From Adineta vaga (Eukaryota > Animalia > Rotifera): a stretch of DNA of 64,000 nucleotides. A program made the position numbers and the translations under genes. Location of the stretch: the NCBI GenBank assembly GCA_021613535.1, contig CP075495.1:4340001-4404000 (forward strand). The letters are read 5' to 3'. Within the stretch, counting starts at the first letter, position 1; each line of letters begins with the position of its first letter. The notes beneath the pieces are model-generated. The model ran no database searches, was not told the DNA's origin, and saw nothing but the letters and a program-made list of their open reading frames with translations. Positions 1 to 12,016 of this stretch are shown in pieces.

Positions 1-601
1 GTCCGAAGGACAATTGACCATTTACGTCTAAAATTCAAAAGAATCAAAGAAATGCAATATGGTGATTAACACAGTAAGACAAGAAAAACGAAAGGGCACA
101 TATTATGATTGATTGATAATAATAATAATATAGGAAGAAAGAAATATCTAATGAACCCATGTGGACCTATATAAACATGAATATAACTAACCCTTCTGTG
201 AAAGCTTCAATATCTTCTCGTTGTTCATCAAGTGCTTGATCAAGATCAAGATAAGGTCCAAGTTCAGTTCGACTTCCATCTTGACGACATAGTTGAAGTG
301 TACAATCAGCAACCTATCAAATGTACATATGTCATTCTATATTTGATTTTAATAAATCAAAATTTACTTGATGTGGCGCATTGAGAACTTTATGTATGCT
401 ACTTAATTGATTGCTTAAAACAGTTGATTTAAGAAATGTAAATGTCGGTGGTCGAGCTGGTTCAGGTAGATTAACACTTGAAAATGGATCAGTATCATCA
501 AGATATTGTACACGACATTGTAATGTTGATGAGTTACCATTTAATCCATTACTTTCACTATAAGTATTCGTTGTTGATGAAGCTAATGATGAACTCGACA
601 T
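1..601 (-). CDS. FHOD: FH1/FH2 domain formin (FHOD1/3 family), N-terminal GBD region; runs off the window start
   Basis: Exons 601-368, 313-192 and 28-1 splice in frame (GT-AG). They give CRVQYLDDTDPF...PEPARPP...DCTLQL...YLDLDQALDEQRE...GRKWSIVLRT, which matches the FHOD N-terminus. Confidence 0.9.
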
Positions 602-1338
602 TATGTTCGATATTCGAACAGATTCATTTCAATTGAATTTTTTTAAATGACTCGTCCTACATTATCTAAAAGAAAACTAATGTATAACTATGCTTATTTT
701 TTTCCTATATCTCTCTCTTTCTCGTTTATTATAGTGTCGAAGTAGATTAATTCTTTAGTGCTATTTTTTTCTGAAAAGGTCAAGTAGAAAAAAACAAGTT
801 GAGTAAAAAAATAGATACACTGAATGAAACTCATTTCATCGAGATATCTCCCGTCAGAGGCGTATTCTCCTTTTTTTTTATGAAACTCGAAGGACTTTTT
901 TCTTCTTTGTATGCATAAAAATGGACGTCAATATAAATATATCAGCGAGGGAAAGGCGAAAAAAATTGTTCTCCTAAGCGGGCGTAAACAGTCTATCTTG
1001 ATGATCAAATGAATATCAGCAGTATAACAACAAACTAGAAGAGAAAAACCAGTAGGTATCCTCATAACTTCTTTTTCTTTTTCCTGTTCTGCGTTCTTCC
1101 CGGACAAAAAAAAATACGAGAAAATTATGCAACGGAAGGGTACGTACAGAAGATTCTTCGTTGTATACATGTATATGTATATGTATATAACACTCAACAG
1201 AACAATGGAACCCAAAAGAAGAAAAGGAAAATGACGGCGTTTTGTACATATTTGCCAATGAGTATAGAGGGAGAAGAAAAAGAAAAGCTTATCTTTCTCC
1301 ACGCTTCCACTCTACGAACATCTCTCATCTTACCTCCT

Positions 1339-1400
1339 CCATATATATATATATATGTGTGTATGTGTATGTGTATGTGCATGTATATGTACATGCATAT
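1339..1400. repeat. (TA)n/(TGTA)n compound microsatellite
   Basis: atatatatat...gtgtatgtgtatgtgtatgtgcatgtat seen directly; it explains the spurious ORFs here. Confidence 0.85.
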
Positions 1401-3768
1401 ACGAAGGAGTTAAACATTGAAGAACTTGCTTTCTTTTCTCTTTCTTTTCTCGGTCTAATAACAGTAGTAAAGAGGCGAGAAAGATGTTGTTGTCTGCATA
1501 TTATTAGTATAGGCTAGTACAAGAAGAATAGAACAATATCAGTTTCTGACTTTTTTTTGTCTAACATGATGATTGATATTAATGAACAACGAGGCGAATG
1601 GAGTCATCGAGTCAAATATAGAGTTAGTGTTGACGATTAAGTATTTTTAATCGATCAAAAATAATTCTCCGAAAAAAACAAATCTTCGTACAATAGATTA
1701 GAACAAAAACAGAAACAAAACACTTCTCCTATACATTCTTACAAGAAGAAAGAAGAAAGAAAACAGCAGACGATGTCAAACAGTGTTCATATGTAAATGA
1801 CTCTCTATCAATCGGGTATAATTGCCTTTGTCTAATAATAGTCTGTCGTTTATAATCTCTCTTACCATCGATCGATGATCACCTTTTGAACAAAAGAATT
1901 CAATTGAATTTATATATTTATACATGTCTCAGAATGAGTTCGGTCATCGGGAGTAAAATTTCTTCTTCTTCTTCTCTACTTAATATAAAACTTAGAATAT
2001 CTTCTACTAAACGAAGATAAGAATTCTGATAATTAACTGATTGAACGAGATCGATACTTCTATCGCTCTAAAAGAATATCAACAAATATCCAGGGTAGAT
2101 ATAGGCAAATGATGCGCTAGAACATCTCTAGAGACGACATCTGATATAACTGATGACATATATTGCGCCATATTTGTACTAACCGATACTCTACAAATAG
2201 TGTAAAATCAAGGTTTTCTCTCTCTCTCTCTTTCTCTCTCCCTCGTTCTTGCTCTCACTTCCTTCAATAATATCTCCTCAAAATCGATCGATGTTGATTA
2301 TACAATCAATAGACCTCGGTTCTTTTTATTTGCTTTTAGCACTTACATCATCACACTTTTTCTACGAATATTATTCGGAAGATAAATAAATTTTCTTTTT
2401 CTGCTTATAACCTGTATAATTATGAAAATTGATTAACTACTGTTACTTTTAAAGATAAATAATAATGATGATGTTCTACTAATACGCGATAATATGTACA
2501 TACCACGCTGTGATCAACAGATTATTGACAACAACAATAGTTTCTCATTCGTATTATTCAAAATAATGAATATATGATTTTTTTTTTAAAACGAAAATAT
2601 CAAAATATAAAATTGATCGAATACAATCCGCTCAATATTTCTTTTATATTCCTCGAGCACATTTAACGATGCATGAAGAACGTTTGATTTTATCATCTAT
2701 TCAATTGATATCAACTATCAAGGATACAATGAAAGAAAATGTTACATAGATATGTATATATCATTAAATAAATGCTATTTTTTTGTTTGGATGTTGTTAT
2801 TCATTTAAAAAAAGACTTGTTTTTATTTTTAGTTATATTCCAATGTCAAAGATATCAATCAAATCATGGATAAATTTTATTTCTTTGTAATTTAATTAAT
2901 AGTAGTTTTAAAACATCGATTCAATGATTTCGAGACGTTAAAGTTCAATAACGGTATGTGTACATAAAGTAATTGTTCGATTTATCTATCAATGACTCGA
3001 TTCTAACGACAGTAGTAAAGGACAAATCGAGTATACGTAACGAAAGATACTAAGACAAATAAATAATGTACTTATTCTTTTCACCAATAGTCAACTTTAT
3101 TTAACCAGAATAAAGAATAACAATAACGAAGATTCACATTTCAGTATATGATTTATTTCTGTTTATTTATCTTATGAAATAAATATCCTAACAAATTCTT
3201 AAATATTGGTCAGAAGTCAATCATACTCTAATGAAACAACACATTTGTGTTTATAACATATCCTTACAAATGGTTCAATTTCTATTCAAAATAATCTAAT
3301 ATATTACATTTTTCTACTCATTACGCACATAATTTTATTTTTATTTCAGATTTTCCATCTAATAAACTGATTTTTCATTCGAATATCCGAACAATCTAAC
3401 CTATCTTCTATGGGGGTTAAGATCTGATAATATCTCTCAAGAAAAATAAACCTAAAACTTACTTACATGCAAGCTTGATGGATATCAAATGACGAAATGA
3501 ATCATTCTTTGTCGGTCCATGGATTATTGATGCTTGTCTTATTTCATCTAGAAAAAAACAACGAATTTTTATACATCATTTTTTTCCTTTTAACTATATT
3601 TACATATATTGTATATGTATAAACGATCCGAAAAAAAAGAGAACAAAGTAAATAGTGAAACATCAACTATACAAAAAAAAATATCAACATAAGAAAAAAA
3701 AATGTACGAATGAACCGATCTGTCTAGCTTTCTCTCGGTATATATTTCTTCTTTCATTCTTTTTTTTT

Positions 3769-6056
3769 CTAACTTAATGGTCGTAGTTTTTTAATACGTT
3801 TCCATTCACCAGTCGTTGTATTCATTTGAAAAAATGTTTCAGCAAAATATTGTTGAGGTTGACCGGTAGTTTGATCAAGAATTGTTTCATCTTTTTCATT
3901 CAACTTTATTGTAACAATTGGATTATCCGATTTGTCAGCTTCGATTGTACGATCTATTCAACAGAACAATTCTTCTTTAAAATCTTTCAACACTATCTAC
4001 TATACATACCACGAACACCAGCAATAAAAGATAATATTCGACTTTTGTCTGATCGAGTTAAACATGTGCTTGAACGAAAAAGTTCACGAGCAAATTCAAT
4101 TTGTTCATTCTAAACATACGCAATCAATTTCTCACTAATAAATCTCTCTCTGTCGATGTATCTATATTTACAGTTAGTTTAAAATCCGTTCGTGTTGGTG
4201 AAGTATTGAGTAGTAAATCTTGTTCAAATCTATTTGAATTATTATTATTGTTATTATTATTATTATTATTAATATTTGTTGAATAATTTCTATCGATACG
4301 AGGATGATGAAGTCCATAGTATAGATCATTTACTGCATCTATTCAAAGAGAGATGACATTTTTCTGAATGAAAGAAGTATAAAATATACTATGCATAACA
4401 GGATTAGGTGTTGCTGGCATTTCATTAAGACTTAATGGTGCATAAGTTGCTGGCTAAAAATTACAATCGAATATATATATATAGAGAGAGAGAAAGTTAT
4501 ATATTTAAAATAAATGAAATCGTTTCATACTGAGATGTAAGGAGTATATGGTTCGGAATGTGTTGGAATTGAGAATTCTTGTGATTCAGGATTTGTCGTG
4601 ATTGTTGATGAAGCAGTAAGTAAATCCTCAAATGAGCTATCTGCATGATCAATACTTTGCTGTTGAGCAACAGTCTTTTTACTACGACTGGATTTCTTTT
4701 CAGTGACAATATCATCATCATCCACTAGAGACAAGAAATGAGAAAAATAAACAATTATATACGAAAACAAGGCATGATAACATTGACATAGACTATGAAA
4801 AATCTCTTATGATAACTGATATATCTACAATTCGAAGAATAAGAAAAACGATCTTTCCTACTTTTTACTTTTAGAATGACAAGCCTCAAGAAAAATGAAA
4901 ATCATAGAAATTCATATTCTGACTTACAAGTAAGTTTCTTTCGTTTTTTATCATTCAATGCCTGTTCTTCTTCCAATGAAAGTAACTAGAATGAATGAAT
5001 CAATTAACAAATTAATTTTACAGGTAGAATGTCACATTACTTTAACATTGCCTTCACGTCGATTATGCAAACGTGATGTACCAATGATACCCGATGTTGT
5101 ACTAATAGGATTTGATTTTAAAAAGCCAACATTTGATGGTTTTGGTGTTGAACTTGATGAAGAATAAGATGATGCTAAACAATAAGAAATCAGTTCTTAT
5201 AATTGATAAAGAAAAAAAGAATTAATTTTCTTCGTTTACAGTAATCATCAACTGATCGTCGAGATCCAGTAATAGCAGCATAATCTGATGTTTTTTTTGT
5301 TTTCGATGTTTGAGCACCTATAAAACAAATTAATATACATTCAATAAAATAAAAACTTTGTATTACAAACTTTTCTCCAATAAATCTTGTCTAATTCTTG
5401 CTGATTTGGCTTTACGAATAAGACTAAAACATTTCGATGGATTTGGAATGTCACCTGTTAACATTTTTAATGCACTTCTTCCCAAATAGCATGATTCTAA
5501 CGGTAGATGTGTTGTATCATTATTTTTTTTAACTAAAAATAGAAATAATATACAAATTTATTGAGAATAATAAATTAAAACCTGTTTTTCTTAATTCTTG
5601 TATTCCATCACTAAAACCTTCACATTCTTGATCAGTTAAATCAAGATTAAATAATGATTTATCTGGAAATGTTTTCATTATTTCACTAATGACAGCAACC
5701 CATTGATCACCAACATTATCCTTTCGACTTAATTCAATAATATCGCTTAGTAAAGTTTCCCACTAAAAATAAACAAAATTTTATCCGGTTGAGAAAAAAA
5801 ATATCCTTCATCTACGTACTTCACTTATATTTCGTTTTGGTATATGAATAAAGGCAAGTAATAGTTTAACTTTCACTAATGTATCTAAACTCCATAGAAT
5901 CGATTTGATCGATGATAAATGCTCTTGTGTTAAAGTTGAACTGATACTAAACGATGACCATAGATCCCCATGTGATCCAAGTTTATTATGAAGCCAAAAA
6001 CCAACATCTTCATCTTTGGAACTCGTATTATTTGTAGTCGTTGGTGTTGATGTCAT
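3769..6056 (-). CDS. NELFA: Negative elongation factor A, multi-exon
   Basis: N-terminus DEDVGFWLHNKLGS...LWS...VKVKLLLAFIHIPKRN; middle exon LPLESCYLGRSAL; C-terminus FAETFFQMNTTTGEWKRIKKLRP. All three are NELF-A signatures. Confidence 0.92.
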
Positions 6057-6341
6057 TGTAAGATTTGTAGTCTAATGAAAAAAAGAGAAATTATCTGAGA
6101 AAGTGCGCACAAAACTATATCCTTTCTACTATCAATCACATTTATGAAGATGAAGAAAATAAGCTGTAGAAGGACACCTACCAATCAGTATCGTTGTGAC
6201 AAGAAGCTATTATATCTGGTGACATCTTTAACGAGGTCAAGGATATATAGAGAATGAGAAAAGAAAACGATACTATCTAGATGAATGATTTTTGATTAAA
6301 ATGAATGTTAAATATTTTTCAAATATTCTTTTTTTTATCCA

Positions 6342-6355
6342 GTTACTATAGAAAC
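6342..6355 (+). promoter_or_regulatory. RFX X-box candidate upstream of PIH1D2
   Basis: GTTACTATAGAAAC fits RYYNYY-AT-RRNRAC and ends 88 nt before the ATG at 6443. Confidence 0.6.
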
Positions 6356-6442
6356 TGATTCGAATTTTATGAAAGAAATGTCTCTTTCATTATTCCAAAC
6401 TACTACTGTAACTTGATTATTTATTGTTATATACTTTTTCCA

Positions 6443-7663
6443 ATGGATATGCTTCGACTTCAAACTAATGCCAATTCAACATCAAATGATATGATGGATA
6501 AAGCTAAACGTGTATGGAGTATGCTCGATGAATTAGCATCAAGTGATCCTTCAGCTTACAAGTAAGTTTTGTGCGTAAGTAACGGATTTTGCTCTCTCTC
6601 TCTCTCTCTCTAATGAAATCTTTTCTATTCTGACTTTTTGTATAGAAATTATATTCAAAAAACGTTAACAGAAGGAAAAGAATGGATGAAACCACCAACA
6701 CCTTGTTTTGCAGTACGATCTTTACTATGTGTAAGTTTTTTTTCTGCCAAAAATTATACATATTCTTCTACATGTAGGATAATCTTAAAACGAAAGTTTT
6801 TTATCTAAATGTATTCACTTGGTTACGATTACCAGCTCCAGAAAAAACGGATGAATCAATAAAAATGTATCCACTCACACCAACAGAAATGAAACATCAT
6901 AATGGTAAATTTTTTGGAATATTTTCAAAATCTTCTTGATCTATATTTTGTAATTTATTAAGAATCTTGTATGATTATGAATGTTGCGGTACATCCAAAC
7001 ATCTTGGAAAATATTTCACGTGCTCATTTAATTCAATCCATATTGAATTTAGTGACGTCTCAGTATAAATTATTAGTTGACCATGATCAGTATGAAATCC
7101 TCGACGACAAAACTATTGGAAATTTAGAAGAAATTCAACGAACTTTTGTTAAACCAATTTCAAAAAATGATAAAAATAACGAAAATGTTGAAGATGTCTT
7201 CAATAAAGATCTCAGTCCTTCGTTAATCAAACAGCTGTCGTCAATGACAATATCTAATCAATCATCTTCATCATCGAACAAACAAGAATTACAACAACAG
7301 CTACCAAAGAAGATTGTAAAATCACCTGTTCTAATCGAAGAATTATGGACCATTCCTACATTTACTGAAAAGATTTCTGCCGATAAGAAATCCTTAATTA
7401 TACGTATTTCATTACCAGATTGTGAAAGTGTTGCTGATTGTGATCTATCTATTCTACGACATGAAGAAATTATACAAATGGAATGTTCGAAACTTCACAC
7501 ACGTCTGAATCTTGATATGAAACAACGCAATAAACAAGACATCAATCCTAATAGTACATTCTCTATTCAAAATTTAACTGCTAAATTTGTACGTAAAACA
7601 CAACAATTGGTTCTTACTATTCCCATCAATAGTGAATCGATAACAAATGGAGAGAATAAATAG
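6443..7663 (+). CDS. PIH1D2: PIH1 domain-containing protein 2 (dynein assembly co-chaperone), 4 exons
   Basis: Exon 1 encodes VWSMLDELASSDPSAYK|KYIQK, matching the PIH1D2 N-terminal motif. PIH core ends NVAVHP; C-terminal CS domain reads IRISLPDCESVADCDLSI...AKFVRKTQQLVLTIP. Confidence 0.85.
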
Positions 7664-8200
7664 ACCAATGATATAAAATCTATTGTAATCAATTCATTTT
7701 ACTTTCTAAAAAATACATCTTTTAAAGACAAAGTTTCAAATTGTAATAGATTGTGGCTGCATAAGATTATATCAAATATTTTCTCATGAATTTGGATAAA
7801 TCAATTGTATATAAAGAGAAAAAAGCATGTTTCAAATCAAGGAATAGTTTTTCAGAGATATAAAATTAATATTATTTATCTTTCTTCAATGATGAACTTG
7901 CTCAATATTGAACATCTGATATTTACTCTTCTATCTATTATAATGTCGTTAAATAACAGAGTTTGAAAGTATTGATTTACAATATCTATTTACCAAATAT
8001 TTCAAACGATTTTGAATAGAAAAATATGAACATGAATGACGTCTTTTCTTGTTTTATTAGAAGATAAATAATTATTTATGTGACACTATTTGTTTTTATT
8101 AGATCGAGATTAAAAAAAAGAATGTTCTATTTGTGAATTTATTGCTGAGAAAGAAAAGGGAACTAGAATTTTCTTATATCATTCATTCACGATTTGTACA

Positions 8201-8732
8201 ATGTGTTTAGAAGATGCTGGTGAAGATCTTATTTGGTGTATATGTGCTCCATTAGCTGCTATACTTTGTTGTATGTTGAAAATTCACTTGTATAGACATT
8301 ACATATGATTTCTTACTCCTTTTTTTGTCTAGGTAAATTCTGTGTAAGTATTTTAGTTTTCTAATTTAGTGAAATTCTTCTTTTTTATCGGTTAGAAGGA
8401 TCGAAAAGATCGTACTGATGTTCATCAAGCTCCATCATCTCCGTACGTTCTCTAACTGATAAAATCAGAAGATTTCTCTTTTTTTTTTAAATTTCTTTTA
8501 CAGCTTTCATCAACAACCTACCGGTCATATTCCGATGGAAGATATCTATGGTCGACGTTCCTATCATCAAACACAACTTTATCCCGATCATAATTCTCAA
8601 TCGTTCTATACATCTCATAACTATCCTATAAAAGGCAATCATTTAATACCGCAACAAACTCATATTTCTAATGATCAACCTTCAGCATCTCAAACGACAA
8701 GCTATATTGTATTAAAAAATGTACATAAGTAA
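8201..8732 (+). CDS. Small (118 aa) orphan with Cys-rich hydrophobic N-terminus; 4 exons including an 11-nt microexon
   Basis: Exons 8201-8270, 8333-8343, 8396-8442 and 8504-8732 join in frame through canonical GT-AG introns: MCLEDAGEDLIWCICAPLAAILCCKFCKDRKDR... Confidence 0.75.
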
Positions 8733-8853
8733 TTCATAAACATGAGATATCTTTTTTTTGTTGTTGTGCATACAATTTATTCATGTTAAACATTTTGAAT
8801 GAAGATAAAAAGAAAGAAAGAAAGAAAGAAAGAAAGTTTTTTTTTAAGAAAAT

Positions 8854-9342
8854 TCAATAATGATATCCTTGTTCTTGATGTATGGGATAATCCATTGATA
8901 CATCGGTATTTATCATCCAAGGTATTGGTTGAATAGATGAATTATTTGCATGTTTTGCTCGAAGTCGTGCTTGTCTACGACGAAAATCACCTCGAAGAAA
9001 TGCATCAAGTGAAGCTGGATGAATACTCCAATAATAGCCACGTCCATTTTCGACTTTCTTCTGTCGAATAAAACATTCATTCAAAGATAAATTATGTCGA
9101 ATTGAATTTCGCCATGCTTTACTATGTAACGTTGCAAAATAAGGATATTGATGAGCAATCCATTCATAAATATCAACAAGTAACATTTGATAAGTAGATG
9201 AAGATAAAATTGCTCGAGCAATAAGAGCTACATAGGATTCTTCAGGTTTTGTCAATGGCTTTTTATGTTTGGAAATTTCATGAGAATAAATTGAATCAGT
9301 TGGTGGACTGCAACTAAGATAACCACTATCTTGTGGATTCAT
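8854..9342 (-). CDS. FoxQ2: Forkhead transcription factor, FoxQ2 class (162 aa)
   Basis: KPEESYVALIARAILSS...WRNSIRHNLSLNECF...GRGYYWSIHP...GDFRRR; the GDFRRR ending is typical of FoxQ2. The likely ATG is 9342, after an acceptor at 9352-9351. Confidence 0.88.
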   Translation of the reverse strand: MNPQDSGYLSCSPPTDSIYSHEISKHKKPLTKPEESYVALIARAILSSSTYQMLLVDIYEWIAHQYPYFATLHSKAWRNSIRHNLSLNECFIRQKKVENGRGYYWSIHPASLDAFLRGDFRRRQARLRAKHANNSSIQPIPWMINTDVSMDYPIHQEQGYHY

Positions 9343-10476
9343 ATTTAGTTCTAGATAAAAACAAAAGTCAAAACACTTTCGATTATGAATATATTTCACC
9401 TACCGTGAATTAAAGATAGTAGATCGCAATTCTGATTTATTCTATCAAATCATTCTTCATATATAGGTATCGTTTGTCTCTTCTTTCTTTCTCTCTTTCT
9501 CTGTATCTTTGTTCACTAGAAAAATGATGAATTGTCACTGCTGTGTAGAAAATTGATTAATCGTATTGGTATGAGGTGGCAGCTTATTCATCAATTTATG
9601 TTGTTCTCACGTCAATATGAATTGTCAACAGAAGAAAAGTGTCATCGACATATCGATCACTGATCAGCTCGATAGTGATCACTTGCAAGCTGCGGCACAA
9701 TTGTTAACTATTATATTGTTTCTTCCTCTATCATTGATTTCACCATTGATAGAGAAAATCGTTCCATATCAAGAATTAAACATGATTATTGATTGAATTT
9801 CGTATTGTTCTCTCCCATGTAGACATCAGAGAAAAAACAAATTCATCATGTGGTTATGCCATACAATCATGATAATGATTACTCAAGACAAATAAAACAT
9901 CTTTGCTTTCATCTCAAGTGAATGAGATAAAAAAAAAAGAAAGATTTGATCTTCTACTAACTATATAATTATTTTCAATAATATGTCATTGAGCACAGAA
10001 GACTAATTAAACGATGATCTGTCTATCAATCATCCAAAACAATGTTCCGAATATTGTAGATTGTAGACATTATGTACCGACATATAAAAGTCAATTTTAT
10101 CAGTATTAATAGTAGATAACCGAAAAGGAAATGAATCTTACTATATTAAGACATACATACTTATATGCTTATGAATATATATATATATAGGAAAGGCAGA
10201 ACTTCCATTATTATTACTTACAAGTATCAATTAAAGATAAATATTGACATTATTGTGGTCTTTATTTGACTATAAATAATGGGGAAGAGACACCTCGTGG
10301 GTGCTATTCTTGGAAGTCAATAGTACTCTAGCACAGACTTCTTTCATAGGCATATATTGCATTTTTCGAAATAGAATTTAATTAAAAAATATCTTTCTTT
10401 GTTTTTCATGAACAAGTAAAAGGAATATAAACTTAAACATATGAATGTATGTTTGTATGTATGAACTATTTGTTCT

Positions 10477-12016
10477 TTAATGATATTCTGGTCGATATTG
10501 GACATATTGACTAAGACGATATGGAAGTTCACGAGTAATATCTTCAAGATTTCCATTAGATACACTTAAATAATGAAGAATTAAACGACGACAAATGGAT
10601 TTTAAATTCAATTGATTTGGTAGAACAATAATAGATATTTGTAATTCTCTTCCACAATTATTTTTCGTTGTACAAAATGCCATACGATTGCCCGAAAATG
10701 AAAATATGGGTGTTAAAAAGTTTCGACACATATGTAACGAACATACATGAGAAATCAATTGAGTATGAATACGTTTCAAACGTTGTAATGTATTGGCATT
10801 ATATATATCAAAATAACTCAAAGGTAATGTTTGTCCACAATGACATCGTGTGTCGGCAAATGTTAATATTATACAAACACTATCAGGCGTATATATCATA
10901 GAAAGAAAACGAAAACCGTCATCGATAAAAATCTGTTCTGATGTATATGTTGACCATGTATGAATGTTCTTTAAAGTTAAATATGAACCAGTTGATTGAT
11001 GATGTTGTGAAATTGTTTGTAATTGAACTTTACTTGAATTACTAGGTGTTAATGTTGTTGTATTATAATTAATTATGGTAGTTCGATGATATGTTGCTTG
11101 TGTATAGATAAGTAAACGAGATGACCAATAATTCGGAGTAAATTGAAATTGAGTACGAATATCAATCGGTAGAATTCGTCGATAGATTTTTGCTTCTTTT
11201 TTTACAACTAAATTAAAAGAATTATGAATTGAAAAAATAACAAATAACTCATTTTACTTTTATAAAAATCTAATGCAATTGATTCATCAAAGATTGGTAT
11301 GCGTATAACAACTTGTGTTCTATCCATAGACCATGCTGAATAAACTTTACTAGGATCGATTAATCCATTATAATCATTATCTAATGAACAAACATAACGA
11401 TTTAATTTTAAATCAACAATAATAAATTGTGTTTTATGTAAAATAAATGAATAAACTGATAACATGATTGTATCACCATGATTCAAACCGGATACTGAAC
11501 AACCATTAACAATGCCATGAACTGAATAATTTTGAAGAGAACTTATCATAGCTGGAATATAATTATATTCAAAATGTTCACGTAATTTTTCACTTTTTAT
11601 TGATGAAGATAATGATGGAAGAATTGAACGTGATGTTGAAAAGAAACGTTTGCGTGAACAACGAGTAAAAGTCGGATGAAGTTTACGAGATAAAGATTCA
11701 GAACAAAAACCCGGTGCACAAACACTATGAAGTTCTGAATTACATGTAAATGTATGTTGTGCAAAACCAAATAATTCTAAAAAAGCAAATCACATGATAA
11801 AAAGATGGAATTTTCAAGAATTCTTATTTCTTTACCAGATATTCCATGAAGCCATTCAACATGTGAACATCGATATATTTCTTGCCATTCATTATAATCT
11901 GTTTTTTTCCTAATTATTGAAGATTTCATTTTGGATAGAATCAATGTTTGTTGAAGATTATTATCAGTCATAGATGATTTTAATTGATGATTTTCTTTGG
12001 AATTATGTATACCCAT
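10477..12016 (-). CDS. SOCS-box protein (476 aa) with possible N-myristoylation; 3 exons
   Basis: Exons 12016-11836, 11776-11258 and 11207-10477 join in frame. C-terminus LKSICRRLILHYL...LPYRLSQYVQY is SOCS-box-like; N-terminus is MGIHNS. Confidence 0.75.

Noticed and set aside
928-1517. Cluster of overlapping ORFs on both strands
   Set aside because: They translate microsatellite and purine/pyrimidine tracts (YIYIYV, FFFF) and show no coding signature.
10298-10328. Short hairpin GGGTGCTATT...AATAGTACTC
   Set aside because: A 10-bp stem with G-U pairs; no RNA family features and compatible with chance.
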